A stretch of DNA of 64,000 nt from Candidatus Parcubacteria bacterium (GCA_027450205.1 DAIDJL010000002.1:7870-71869); one strand, 5' to 3'. Positions 32,042 to 41,347 are shown, numbered from the stretch's first letter. Made by a program: numbers and translations. The notes: a model not told the origin generated them from the sequence alone.

Positions 32042-32476
32042 ATGAGATCTTTAACACTAAGGGGTCGGGCGGTGGCTATCTTGATCCTTCTCTTTGGCGG
32101 GATAGCCATGACAATCGCGATTATTGGCGTCGATCGTGCCAGATGGCGTAATGATATGGCTCCGACAGTCGCCGCAATCGAGCACATAGAACACATCAAT
32201 GGCAGTAACGATTGGATGCAGATAAAACGGATTTGTCCGGGCATTTTTTCCGGAAATGGCTGGATCGACTGCGCGACGGGGTATTATTCGGGAAAACACT
32301 TCGTGGAAAATCGCACCGTTTTTTCCTTCATTGAGGTCCGGGTATATGATCCGCGCATCGATCACGGAGAAATGCCGGCTGCAAAAACGATCATTGAAAT
32401 CAATCCGCTGACCCAGAGAGCGGAATGCGTACGATACGAATATGCATATCCACGCAGGATAATTTTTCCTTGGTAG
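32042..32476 (+). CDS. Hypothetical small membrane-anchored protein. GC visibly lower than its surroundings.
   Basis: ATG preceded by gggggtgg; N-terminal TM. The ORF track gives a TTG-extended start at 32027. Confidence 0.4.
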   Translation: MRSLTLRGRAVAILILLFGGIAMTIAIIGVDRARWRNDMAPTVAAIEHIEHINGSNDWMQIKRICPGIFSGNGWIDCATGYYSGKHFVENRTVFSFIEVRVYDPRIDHGEMPAAKTIIEINPLTQRAECVRYEYAYPRRIIFPW

Positions 32477-32499
32477 GTCGCTTGGCCGATCAATGGTTT

Positions 32500-32530
32500 G
32501 TGCGCCTCCCCGCGAGGCGCACTTTTTTAT
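32500..32530 (+). terminator. Intrinsic terminator (gtgcgcctc-cccgc-gaggcgcac followed by a T-run).
   Basis: Perfect 9-bp stem plus a U-tract. Confidence 0.55.
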
Positions 32531-32537
32531 TTTACTC

Positions 32538-32623
32538 TGGTGCCCGGGGTGGGATTCGAACCCACAAACCCTTGCGGGTCAAGGATTTTAAGTCCTCTGC
32601 GTAAACCGTTCCGCCACCCGGGC
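32538..32623 (-). tRNA. tRNA-Leu(TAA), CCA encoded.
   Basis: Reverse complement: gcccgggtggcggaacgg...ctTAAaa...gtgggttcgaatcccaccccgggcacca. Confidence 0.85.
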
Positions 32624-32647
32624 AAATTATATTTCTCTCATGATTGA

Positions 32648-32718
32648 GGCCACGACGGGAATTGCACCCGTGCATCGCGGTTTTGCAGACCGCTGTGTTA
32701 CTGCTTCACCACGTGGCC
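32648..32718 (-). tRNA. tRNA-Cys(GCA), candidate, no encoded CCA.
   Basis: Reverse complement: ggccacgtggtgaagcagtaacacagcggtCTGCAAAaccgcgatgcacgggtgcaattcccgtcgtggcct. Acceptor and anticodon stems fold; D and T loops are atypical. Confidence 0.6.
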
Positions 32719-32721
32719 CTG

Positions 32722-33087
32722 CTATTCCTTCGACTCGCCATCGCCCTCCTCCCGAGCCTTAATAGTATCCTGCTCCAGCAATTTTTCAACCTTCGCAGCG
32801 TTCTCAAACCCATGGTCGATCTCAAAAAAGATCCTCGGCATCGGTTTGATATTTATTTTTTTGAGCAGGAGATGCTGGAGGTATCCTGCTTTTTTTGCGA
32901 GTTCGTCAATTACATTCTTCTCCTCCTTTGCCGGTAGCACGCTCACCTTTACCCGCGCACCTTCCAGCTTCTTATCCACCTCCACCTCGGTGATGGTCGC
33001 AAGCGCGGAAAGCTCCACTTCGCGAAGGATCATCTTCGAAAGCTCTTCCCGTATCAGTTTTCCCACCCGCTCGGAGCGGAAATTCAT
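32722..33087 (-). CDS. rbfA: Ribosome-binding factor A
   Basis: RbfA family; located downstream of infB as is usual. Confidence 0.8.
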   Translation of the reverse strand: MNFRSERVGKLIREELSKMILREVELSALATITEVEVDKKLEGARVKVSVLPAKEEKNVIDELAKKAGYLQHLLLKKINIKPMPRIFFEIDHGFENAAKVEKLLEQDTIKAREEGDGESKE

Positions 33088-34583
33088 TATTTCCTGATCA
33101 ATAATTTATCCCCCACCTGCACGAGCGTTTGCGAATCAATGAGCACGCCGATCTCCTTCCCCTTATCCGCCTGGAAGATCTCGCTCTTTTTTTCACGCAG
33201 TCCTAACACTTTTCCATTGCCCGCCGGCGTACTGCCAACGTGGCCGCGCACAATATCGAACGAAACTTTTCCGCGGAATGTGCCGTTGATGACGCGACCG
33301 CCAACCAGCTGCTTCTGTAATTTTTCCTGATTGAAGACCGCGAGCACCTCGAGTTCGCCCGCTCCCTCCGGTCCGCGCGCGCCGCTGAAATATTCCTCCA
33401 CCGCCGTAGAAAGATCATAGACGATCTCCGATGTGATGACCGTTACTGATTGCGCGTCCGCGAGCACCCTCGCCCCCTTCTCCACGCGATTCTTGAAACC
33501 GATGATCGTGGCCTTCGTTGCGATCGCGTGGCGGATATCGCCGTCCGTGACATCGCCCACGCCTTCTTCCACTATATTTATCTCTTTGCCGCCCTTCTGG
33601 TCAATGCCGCGCAAAACCACCGAGAGCGCTTCGAGCGACCCGGCATCGCCGGCCTTCAAGATAAGGTTGAGCGTGTTTGGCTTTGATTTTGCGATCTGGT
33701 TCACGGCTTTTGCCCCGGCGAGAGAGGCCACACCATCTTGTGCCGCCGCGCCCTGCGCTGCCGCCAATTCCCCCGCCGCAAACTCTTCGCCCACCTTTGG
33801 GATCTTTTCAAACCCGATGATGATCGCAGGCGCAGACGGTTCAAGCTCCGAAACCGTCTTTCCCAAAAAATCTTCCAGGATCTTTACCTTGCCTGACGCC
33901 GTCCGCGTCCGCACCGCATCGCCGCGCGAAAGCGTGCCGTTCTTTACGATCACCGTCGCCTCAATGCCGCGCTTGGGATCGCGCTTGGCCTCGAGCACAA
34001 ACCCGGTCGCCGGCGCGCTCGCATCGTATGTAAGGCCTTCAAGGTCCGCAGCGAGGAGGATCAGGTCCAAGAGGCCCGAAACGCCCTCTCCCGTTTTTGC
34101 CGAAACGGCGCAATAACTCACCTGTCCGCCGTAGCCTTCAAGGAGAACTCCGGCCGCCATCAGATCGTTGCGCGCCTTATCCAAATTTCCGCCGGTCTTA
34201 TCAACTTTATTGATCGCGACGATGAATGGCGTCTTCGCGTCAAGAATGATCTGGATCGCTTCCTTTGTTTGCGGTTTTACGCCCTCATCAGCGGCAACGA
34301 CGAGGATCGCGAGGTCGGCCACCTGTGCGCCGCGCGAACGCATTGCGGTGAACGCCTCGTGCCCGGGCGTATCGATGAACGTGATCTTGCGATCGGCATG
34401 CACGATCTCGTACGCGGCGGTTGCCTGCGTGATGCCGCCCGCTTCGCGCGCGGCGATGTTCGCCTTGCGGATATAATCGAGCAGTGTCGTCTTGCCATGG
34501 TCAACATGCCCCATCACGACGACGATCGGCGGGCGGGTTTTGACCTGGGCCTCTATAGCAATATTTTTAAGTGTTTCTTTTGG
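33087..34583 (-). CDS. infB: Translation initiation factor IF-2, short form (about 500 aa) lacking the long N-terminal region.
   Basis: G-domain [24 protein letters not shown]. Start taken at MPKETLKN. Confidence 0.85.
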   Translation of the reverse strand, partial: PKETLKNIAIEAQVKTRPPIVVVMGHVDHGKTTLLDYIRKANIAAREAGGITQATAAYEIVHADRKITFIDTPGHEAFTAMRSRGAQVADLAILVVAADEGVKPQTKEAIQIILDAKTPFIVAINKVDKTGGNLDKARNDLMAAGVLLEGYGGQVSYCAVSAKTGEGVSGLLDLILLAADLEGLTYDASAPATGFVLEAKRDPKRGIEATVIVKNGTLSRGDAVRTRTASGKVKILEDFLGKTVSELEPSAPAIIIGFEKIPKVGEEFAAGELAAAQGAAAQDGVASLAGAKAVNQIAKSKPNTLNLILKAGDAGSLEALSVVLRGIDQKGGKEINIVEEGVGDVTDGDIRHAIATKATIIGFKNRVEKGARVLADAQSVTVITSEIVYDLSTAVEEYFSGARGPEGAGELEVLAVFNQEKLQKQLVGGRVINGTFRGKVSFDIVRGHVGSTPAGNGKVLGLREKKSEIFQADKGKEIGVLIDSQTLVQVGDKLLIRK

Positions 34584-34849
34584 CATAAATAGAATAAAGT
34601 AACCTTCCAAACTCCAACACATTATAGCAAAAAATGACCAATAATACAAGGAAGGTGGCATATTCAATACGATCATCATGCCAAGAAAATATAGTCAAAG
34701 GGCGCAACAAAAAGCGGGAAAGGTGATGCAAGAATATAAGCGCTGCGCAAAAGCGCCGCGGAAGAAGTAGTTGCGCGAGAGCCCTCAAATTTGATGTTTG
34801 ATAAATGCGATCCCCTTTGATATGCTTCTAATGCATTTTCAGTCTATGT

Positions 34850-34939
34850 GGAGGCGTGCCAGAGTGGCCGAATGGAGCTTCCTGCTAAGAAGTTGACCGG
34901 GAAACCGGTCCGAAGGTTCGAATCCTTCCGCCTCCGCCA
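34850..34939 (+). tRNA. tRNA-Ser(GCT), CCA encoded.
   Basis: ggaggcgtgccagagtggccgaatgg...ctGCTaa...long variable arm...ggttcgaatccttccgcctccgcca. Confidence 0.85.
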
Positions 34940-34941
34940 GC

Positions 34942-34971
34942 AAAATCGGATACCAAATGGTATCCGATTTT
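34942..34971 (+). terminator. Perfect hairpin (aaaatcggatacc-aaat-ggtatccgatttt) after tRNA-Ser.
   Basis: 13-bp stem flanked by T. Confidence 0.55.
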
Positions 34972-35091
34972 GGTACTGGGCGGGAGGATAAGAACCCTTT
35001 AGGGTTCGGGAATCGGCAGCGAGGAGAAAATGAGTCAGTTCCGCGGATTCATTTTCTGACGAGCGAACCGATTCGGCAGATTCTTATCCGC

Positions 35092-35110
35092 CCATCCTTC
35101 CGCCTCCGCC
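35092..35110. repeat. Direct copy of the tRNA-Ser(GCT) 3' end (atccttccgcctccgcc) 172 bp downstream of the tRNA. It marks the start of the proximal ~300-bp repeat.
   Basis: The 17-mer is identical to tRNA positions 34922-34938. Confidence 0.75.
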
Positions 35111-35156
35111 CGTTAGTGCATCGGTTCGAGAGACCTTGAACAAAAAGACCGCCGAG

Positions 35157-35675
35157 TTACGACGGTCTCCGATAATGCAGTAGTACGGTTCCCTTATCGT
35201 TCAATTTCTTGACGGCGGTAAGATGAAAATTCACCGTCGCCTCATTTTTACATTTAAAGATATCCAATCCCTCGCCAAACACAACCGGCTCGATTGTCAG
35301 GTACAAATCATCGATGAGATCATGCTCGAGGAAGTAACTGTATACCTGCGTCCCTCCCAGCAACGCGATAGCGCGGTAGGATTCAAGAATCACTCCGATA
35401 GACGATGGTCCGTCAGCGTTGTAGTAAAGCAGATTGCTGCCCCGCCGTTCAGTATCGTGTACGGTGCGCGTAAAGACGATACAGTTCCGTTTTGATAACG
35501 GCCCCGCTGCCGTTTTGTAAGTGTTATTGCCAATCACGACCGCATCGCTCTTGTCCAAGAGCGAACGGAGAAACGTCTTATCCTCTGGACTCGTCCAGTC
35601 GGTGAAGTGCCCGGAATGCCGGGCGATTTTACCGTCGATCGTCACGGCGACGATGGCGCTGATATTCGGTTTCAT
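35157..35675 (-). CDS. Dihydrofolate reductase family / RibD C-terminal-domain reductase
   Basis: AIVAVTIDGKIARHSGHFTDWTSPEDKTF...AVVIGNNTY pattern of the DHFR-like reductase fold. Its start overlaps the upstream stop (ATGA). Confidence 0.75.
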   Translation of the reverse strand: MKPNISAIVAVTIDGKIARHSGHFTDWTSPEDKTFLRSLLDKSDAVVIGNNTYKTAAGPLSKRNCIVFTRTVHDTERRGSNLLYYNADGPSSIGVILESYRAIALLGGTQVYSYFLEHDLIDDLYLTIEPVVFGEGLDIFKCKNEATVNFHLTAVKKLNDKGTVLLHYRRPS

Positions 35676-36391
35676 TTGAATGCCCTCCAGAGCGGTGCGT
35701 AGAGATCGTTTTTTGGAGCGACCACCGACATCCGATGCGTGTCTTTATTGGTGAAGGTTATAAACTTCGCGCCGCGCAGGATGAGAAGCGGCGTTTGTTC
35801 ATCTCCTTCGCCCATGAGCAGGACTGCCATCGTTGAAAGCCCGTCGACGATATTCTTCGTCGTATGCTTGAGCAAACGCCCGAAGATATCCGGCTCCCCG
35901 CGGTAATCATAGAGCGGCTCCATGCCGTAGAAACCGATGGAGATGCCGAGTGTGCCATGCCGCAACGGGATAATATGACTATCCGTCACCACGACCGCGA
36001 GCTTTTTCAGTTTATATTTCCTTTTCAAATAACTGCGGATTTCCTTTGCAAGCGCCGACGGGCGCCGCGGCCACAAAATATAGTACCCATTGGCATTACT
36101 CTCGTCAATTCCGGCGTTCGCGATGAGCGTGTGGTCTTTGATCGTGAGATAGAGATTCTTCCATGTCTTCAAGTGACTATGGGCGTATCGGTCGGCCTCC
36201 CGCTTGATAAGTCGTTCTTTTAATGCACCAGGTCGTATTTTCACGCATCGCCCCTGATGGATCGCGAGCACTTTCGAAGTGATAAAGATAACGTCACCCT
36301 CACGCAATTGCGGCAGCGATTTATCGAGAACGGAATAAATGTCGTCCTTCGGCGGCAGGATCGCACGCGTTTTTACTGGGATGAACTTCAT
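35672..36391 (-). CDS. CofE-like protein (F420-0:gamma-glutamyl ligase family)
   Basis: GDVIFITSKVLAIHQGR, LIANAGIDESNA and VVTDSH match CofE family signatures. Start taken at MKFIPVK. Confidence 0.75.
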   Translation of the reverse strand: MKFIPVKTRAILPPKDDIYSVLDKSLPQLREGDVIFITSKVLAIHQGRCVKIRPGALKERLIKREADRYAHSHLKTWKNLYLTIKDHTLIANAGIDESNANGYYILWPRRPSALAKEIRSYLKRKYKLKKLAVVVTDSHIIPLRHGTLGISIGFYGMEPLYDYRGEPDIFGRLLKHTTKNIVDGLSTMAVLLMGEGDEQTPLLILRGAKFITFTNKDTHRMSVVAPKNDLYAPLWRAFK

Positions 36392-36446
36392 CCCGTAAGG
36401 ATACAAAAAAGGCCGGAGATAATCCACTCTCCGGCCTTTGCCGATG

Positions 36447-37463
36447 TCACTGCATCGCCTTAAGGACCTTCAGATACATGTCCTCGACAATTTTTTGCTG
36501 CACCTTCCCGGTCTTCACGTAATGATCGAGTCCGGGCGCCGCGTTCACTTCGAGAATCCAGTAGATTGATGGCTTTCCCGTGATGTCGCCGTCCACCATG
36601 AGATCAACGCCGCAAATGCGCAGCCCCATATCCCTCGTAAGACAGACAGCAATCTTCTTAAACCCCGGGTGGATCGCGTCGGTAACGTCCACGGCGTCGC
36701 CGCCGGAGGACAGGTTCGCGTTGTCGAGAAGGTAAACCTTCTGACCTCGCGCGAGGACAGAACGCATGCTCAACCTTTGCCGCTTGAGATTGTATGCAAT
36801 CCGTTTATCCTCGGCCCTGATGATGGTATCGCGGCCGCTTACAGCGAATCCCTTCTGTTTTTCCGTGAGCAGCTGGCGGATCGTCGACCGACCGTCGCCG
36901 ATCACGTTCAGCGGAACCCGTTCATACGCCGAGATTACCTTCCTGTCGAGTACGACAATCCGATAATCTCTGCCATGAATGGGCGACTGCACGAGCGCCA
37001 CCCTGTCGCGGGCAAACACGAAGCGCATTGCTTGATAAAACTCTCGCTTGGTGTACGCCTTTGCCATGCCGACGCCTTGGCTGCCGCTGTTGGGCTTCAC
37101 GACAACCGGAAAGCCGATCTTCGCCGCATACCGATATGCAGCATCAATATTCCTCCGCGATCCTATAGCACGGCAATGCTCTCGCGAAAAAAATGTTTTG
37201 CCCGGCACCGTGGGATAGCCCATCCGCTTCATAAAGAACGCGGCATAGTCCTTGTCCTTCGCGATGTCGGAAGCGCCGACAGGATTGAGATCGAGCGTCG
37301 ATCCCCTAAAGTATCGCTTGCGACCATTTTTAAAAGCAATCTGGCCCACGACGCGCCATTCGGGCTCGATCAGGATGGTCGCCCCGAGCTTGGGAGCGAG
37401 TTTGCGAAATATCTGTCCCAGAAGCGGGCCGACCATTTTTTTCTTTTTCATACGGGTCGCCAT
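36447..37463 (-). CDS. ATP-grasp ligase, RimK/alpha-L-glutamate-ligase-like
   Basis: ATP-grasp motifs (FPVVVKP, YWILEVNAAPG). Confidence 0.75.
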   Translation of the reverse strand: MATRMKKKKMVGPLLGQIFRKLAPKLGATILIEPEWRVVGQIAFKNGRKRYFRGSTLDLNPVGASDIAKDKDYAAFFMKRMGYPTVPGKTFFSREHCRAIGSRRNIDAAYRYAAKIGFPVVVKPNSGSQGVGMAKAYTKREFYQAMRFVFARDRVALVQSPIHGRDYRIVVLDRKVISAYERVPLNVIGDGRSTIRQLLTEKQKGFAVSGRDTIIRAEDKRIAYNLKRQRLSMRSVLARGQKVYLLDNANLSSGGDAVDVTDAIHPGFKKIAVCLTRDMGLRICGVDLMVDGDITGKPSIYWILEVNAAPGLDHYVKTGKVQQKIVEDMYLKVLKAMQ

Positions 37464-37575
37464 TCCTTTCTATTCTATAACGAATGTTGTTTTACTGCTG
37501 GCCAAAATATAACACAGATTGATCAAATATGCAAATGATTTTGCAGCCCCTCCTCTATTGAGGTTCTAAAGTAGT

Positions 37576-37900
37576 CCATCCGCCTCCGCATTAGTTATTC
37601 ATCGATAAAATCAATACTTCTGGAGTATAGGGAAAGAGGACATCAAAAACTTATTCGTTCGAATCCAAATTTTTCTATTAAATATGGAAAAAAGCCGCCA
37701 AGTTATGACGGTCTCTGATAATGCAGCAGTGCGGTTCCCTTCTTGTTCGATTCTTCGATGGCGACAAACAAGGCGGCGGTCCGGTATGGTTCGAGAATCG
37801 CTGCGATGGGCGTTGGTCCGTCGGCGTTGTAATACGCCACGTTGTCGCTCCGAGGCTCCGCGTCTGACACGGAGCGGGCCGCGCGCGCTTCACATTAAGG
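37576..37900 (-). pseudogene. Distal ~300-bp direct repeat: a degenerate tRNA-Ser 3'-end copy (ccatccgcctccgc), then a spacer, then a truncated and internally deleted paralog of the DHFR-like gene 3' end.
   Basis: Minus-strand translation of 37704-37866 gives ...SDNVAYYNADGPTPIAAILEPYRTAA//LFVAIEESNKKGTALLHYQRPS*. The intact gene has GSNLLYYNADGPSSIGVILESYRAIA...TAVKKLNDKGTVLLHYRRPS*. Nucleotide identity is about 85% over ~75 nt at the 3' end. Confidence 0.65.
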
Positions 37901-37945
37901 TCAGATGTTGTAAAATTTTCATATAATCCAATCCTTTCTATATAT

Positions 37946-40393
37946 ATGATGCAATCCAACCAACCCGGAGCGCAGGGCGGCGATTTGAGCAAGCTCCCTC
38001 TGGCAGAAATCGAGCGGATACTGGCATCTTCCCCGAGCGGACTTTCGCAAGCGGAAGCGGAGCGGCGCCTCTCGGAATATGGCCCGAATGAGATCGAGGA
38101 GAAAAAAACAAATCTTTTTATAAAATTCTTTACCTATTTTTGGGGACCGATCCCGTGGATGATCGAAATAGCGGCGATCCTTTCCGCGACCGTACGTCAC
38201 TGGGCCGACTTTTCCATCATTGCGGTCCTTCTTGTTTCAAACGCAACTGTCGGATTTTGGGAAGAATACCAGGCAGGAAATGCGATCGCGGCGCTGAAAG
38301 CGAAACTTGCCGCAATAGCACGCGTTGAGAGAGATGGGCGTTGGGCTACGCTCGCAACGAGATCGATCGTCCCAGGCGATGTCATTCGCATCCGGCTTGG
38401 GGACATCGTTCCCGCAGATGGGCGCCTGCTTGGGAGCGGCGATTCGGTTGAAATCGATCAATCGGCGCTTACCGGCGAATCACTGCCCGTGGAACGAAAC
38501 GCCGGTGACGCAGTCTTCTCGGGGTCCATTATCCGCAGGGGCGAGGCTGACGCTCTTGTTTACGCTACGGGAAGCCGCACATTCTTCGGCAAAACGGCGG
38601 ATCTCGTGCAGAATGCGCGCACGGTTAGCCATTTCCAGCGGGCGGTGCTTAAAATAGGAAATTATCTCATCATCCTTGCGAGCGTGCTTGTTGCGCTCAT
38701 TGTCGTCGTGGCCGTCGCTCGCGGCAACACGCTTACCGACACCTTGGAGTTTGCGCTCATCTTGCTTATCGCGGCAATTCCCGTCGCCATGCCGACAGTG
38801 CTGTCGGTGACGATGGCGATTGGCGCACGCCTGCTTGCGAAGAAAGATGCGATCGTCACGCGGCTTTCTTCGGTCGAGGAATTGGCCGGTATGGATATGC
38901 TCTGCTCGGATAAGACGGGAACCCTTACTGAAAACAAATTAAAGCTGGGCAGTCCATTTACGGTGGGCAGTGCTACTCCGGAAGAACTCATCCTTTACGG
39001 GGCGCTTGCCTCGCGCGCAGAAGACCGGGATCCGATAGATCTCGCGGTGATCAATGGCGTAAGCGACCAGGCGGCACTTGCCGCATATCATATATTGAAA
39101 TTCCTGCCATTCGACGCAGTGCGGAAACGCACCGAGGCCGAAGTCCGCACGCCGGACGGAAAGATATTTTCCGTATCCATGGGTGCTCCGCAAACCATTC
39201 TTGGTATCTCAGATAATAAACAAGAAGTGTTCGACATGGCGGAACGAGCCGTGGAAGAATTTGCGGCGCGGGGATTTCGCTCGCTTGGAGTTGCTCGCGC
39301 GGAAAAAGGAAATGGATGGCTATTCGTGGGGATACTTCCCCTCTTTGATCCCCCTCGGCCGGAGGCGCAGGCAACCGTGAGAGACGCCCAAGCGATGGGC
39401 GTAAAGATCAAGATGATCACCGGAGACCATATCGCCATCGCGCGAGAGACCGCGCACGAACTTGGCTTGGGCGCCGATATCCTTGATGCAAGCGGTTTGG
39501 ACAATAACGGAAAGGAGCCGTCCGCCGCACAAGCAGATGCCATTGAAAAAGCGGATGGATTTGCCCAGGTATTTCCCGAACATAAATTTGAGATCATACG
39601 GGCGCTCCAGGAACGCGGCCACATTGTCGGGATGACGGGCGACGGCGTGAATGACGCGCCGGCCCTCAAGAAGGCCGATTGCGGCATCGCCGTTTTCGGC
39701 GCCACCGATGCGGCGCGCGCAGCCGCTGCGATGGTTCTCCTCACGCCGGGGTTGTCGGTGATCATCGAGGCCATCAAGGAGGGTCGGAGGATCTTCCAGC
39801 GGATGACGAGCTATTCCATTTATCGGATCACGGAGACCATCCGGGTGCTCCTTTTCATGACACTTGCGATCCTAGTGTTCAATTTCTATCCGGTAACCGC
39901 AATTATGATCGTGCTGCTTGCCATTTTGAACGACGGAGCGATACTTTCCATTGCTTACGACAATGCTTCCTTTGATCAGGCGCCGGAGGCTTGGCAGATG
40001 AAGAAAATATTGGGCGTTTCGACGACGCTCGGCGTCGCCGGCGTCGTGGCAACATTCACGCTTTTTTATCTTGCTGAGCAAATATTCCACATGGGCGCAG
40101 GACAAGTTCAAGCGCTTATGTACCTTAAATTGTCCGTTGCGGGCCACCTGACCATTTTTCTTACGCGTACGCGCAAGCGCTTCTGGTCAGACCGACCATC
40201 AAAAATACTGGTCATTGCGGTCTTCGGCACTCAAGCGATCGCAACCCTTATCGCCGTATATGGGATCTTTATGCCTCCGCTCGGATGGGGATGGGCAATC
40301 GTGGTCTGGGTATATGCACTCGCATGGTTTCTCATCAACGATCAGGTAAAACTGCTCGCGTATCGGATATTCGATCCCGTAGCGCGACCATAA
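37946..40393 (+). CDS. P-type ATPase, plasma-membrane H+-ATPase-like (P3A subtype)
   Basis: DKTGTLT, TGDHIAIA, GDGVNDAPALKKAD, 10 TM segments, and an N-terminus like P3A pumps. Confidence 0.85.
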   Translation: MMQSNQPGAQGGDLSKLPLAEIERILASSPSGLSQAEAERRLSEYGPNEIEEKKTNLFIKFFTYFWGPIPWMIEIAAILSATVRHWADFSIIAVLLVSNATVGFWEEYQAGNAIAALKAKLAAIARVERDGRWATLATRSIVPGDVIRIRLGDIVPADGRLLGSGDSVEIDQSALTGESLPVERNAGDAVFSGSIIRRGEADALVYATGSRTFFGKTADLVQNARTVSHFQRAVLKIGNYLIILASVLVALIVVVAVARGNTLTDTLEFALILLIAAIPVAMPTVLSVTMAIGARLLAKKDAIVTRLSSVEELAGMDMLCSDKTGTLTENKLKLGSPFTVGSATPEELILYGALASRAEDRDPIDLAVINGVSDQAALAAYHILKFLPFDAVRKRTEAEVRTPDGKIFSVSMGAPQTILGISDNKQEVFDMAERAVEEFAARGFRSLGVARAEKGNGWLFVGILPLFDPPRPEAQATVRDAQAMGVKIKMITGDHIAIARETAHELGLGADILDASGLDNNGKEPSAAQADAIEKADGFAQVFPEHKFEIIRALQERGHIVGMTGDGVNDAPALKKADCGIAVFGATDAARAAAAMVLLTPGLSVIIEAIKEGRRIFQRMTSYSIYRITETIRVLLFMTLAILVFNFYPVTAIMIVLLAILNDGAILSIAYDNASFDQAPEAWQMKKILGVSTTLGVAGVVATFTLFYLAEQIFHMGAGQVQALMYLKLSVAGHLTIFLTRTRKRFWSDRPSKILVIAVFGTQAIATLIAVYGIFMPPLGWGWAIVVWVYALAWFLINDQVKLLAYRIFDPVARP

Positions 40394-40441
40394 GCGGACA
40401 GCCGCGTGAATGGCTTTAAACCATTGCTTTCGCGTTTTTGT

Positions 40442-41074
40442 TCACTGCCCGGCTGTCGCCCCGATCTTCAATAATTCATTCAGCCGATCCCGGTCGAATC
40501 CCATGATGATCTCCGTGTCGCCGTCGTCAAAGAGCACCTCGGTCTGCGGCACGCCCGTCTGTCCGCTCTTCCGTACCATTGCCTCGGCAGCCTTGCGATC
40601 CTCGTCCACCATCACAAGATCGAACGCGATCTTGTGCTTCTCAAGATAATCCTTTTCCATCCTGCAATACGGACACGTGGCTGTTGAATAAAGCGTGATC
40701 TTCTCAAGTTTTGGATCGCCGACGCCCGCCGCCTCATTCACAAGCGTTCGCAGCACGCGATCCATCTCTTCTATCGTCGGCGCCAACTCGTCGAGATGCG
40801 CGCCGCCGGCGAGGATCTGAGGATTCGAAATGGCGATCATTGTCTTCCCTTCTTTCTCCTGTATAAGAGCACTGTCCGGCATAAGCCCTGCCAGCATATG
40901 GTCGGCTGCGGTGATCGCCTCAGTCCATGACTGCTTGAAGAAATAAATAATAGTGCCTTTTGAAACATCTTTTCTGGCAACCACCTCGATCCCCTCTTTT
41001 TTTAATCCGGCGGCGAACCGCTCCGCGACCTCAGCTACCGGCTTTTCCGTCTTTCGAACGTATGCAATGTTCAT
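40442..41074 (-). CDS. DUF302-like domain fused to a glutaredoxin (CPYC) domain
   Basis: C-terminal TCPYCRMEKDYLEKHKIAF...GVPQ glutaredoxin fold. Confidence 0.6.
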   Translation of the reverse strand: MNIAYVRKTEKPVAEVAERFAAGLKKEGIEVVARKDVSKGTIIYFFKQSWTEAITAADHMLAGLMPDSALIQEKEGKTMIAISNPQILAGGAHLDELAPTIEEMDRVLRTLVNEAAGVGDPKLEKITLYSTATCPYCRMEKDYLEKHKIAFDLVMVDEDRKAAEAMVRKSGQTGVPQTEVLFDDGDTEIIMGFDRDRLNELLKIGATAGQ

Positions 41075-41098
41075 AGTTTTATAAAATTTAGTTAATGA

Positions 41099-41347
41099 TC
41101 ATTTAACAAGTCTTACGACATCCCTCACGAACGCCCGTTTTCCGGGTCTGATGCGATAGTATTTCTCCCGGCCTTCCTTCCATTCCTCAATGATGCCATT
41201 GTCTCGCAATATGCCGAGATGATGCGACAGCAACGGCTTCTTCATCTCCAGGCATTCTCGGAGATCGCATCCGCGCGATGAGCTGCACCCGAGCAGTTTG
41301 CAAAGGATCGCGATCCGCCCTTCGTTGAATATCCATAGGTTTTTCAT
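41099..41347 (-). CDS. ArsR/SmtB-family metalloregulator
   Basis: LSHHLGILRDNGII recognition helix; Cys-rich CSSSRGCDLREC. Confidence 0.75.
   Translation of the reverse strand: MKNLWIFNEGRIAILCKLLGCSSSRGCDLRECLEMKKPLLSHHLGILRDNGIIEEWKEGREKYYRIRPGKRAFVRDVVRLVK

Noticed and set aside
35051-35075. ctgacgag...cgaac resembling a hammerhead ribozyme core
   Set aside because: No room for stem II between CUGANGA and GAAA, and no flanking stems I/III; a chance match.
37678-37992. 104-aa minus-strand ORF over the pseudogene fragment
   Set aside because: It reads the duplicated reductase 3' end in the wrong frame. The homologous frame is truncated and internally deleted, so the region is scored as a pseudogene.
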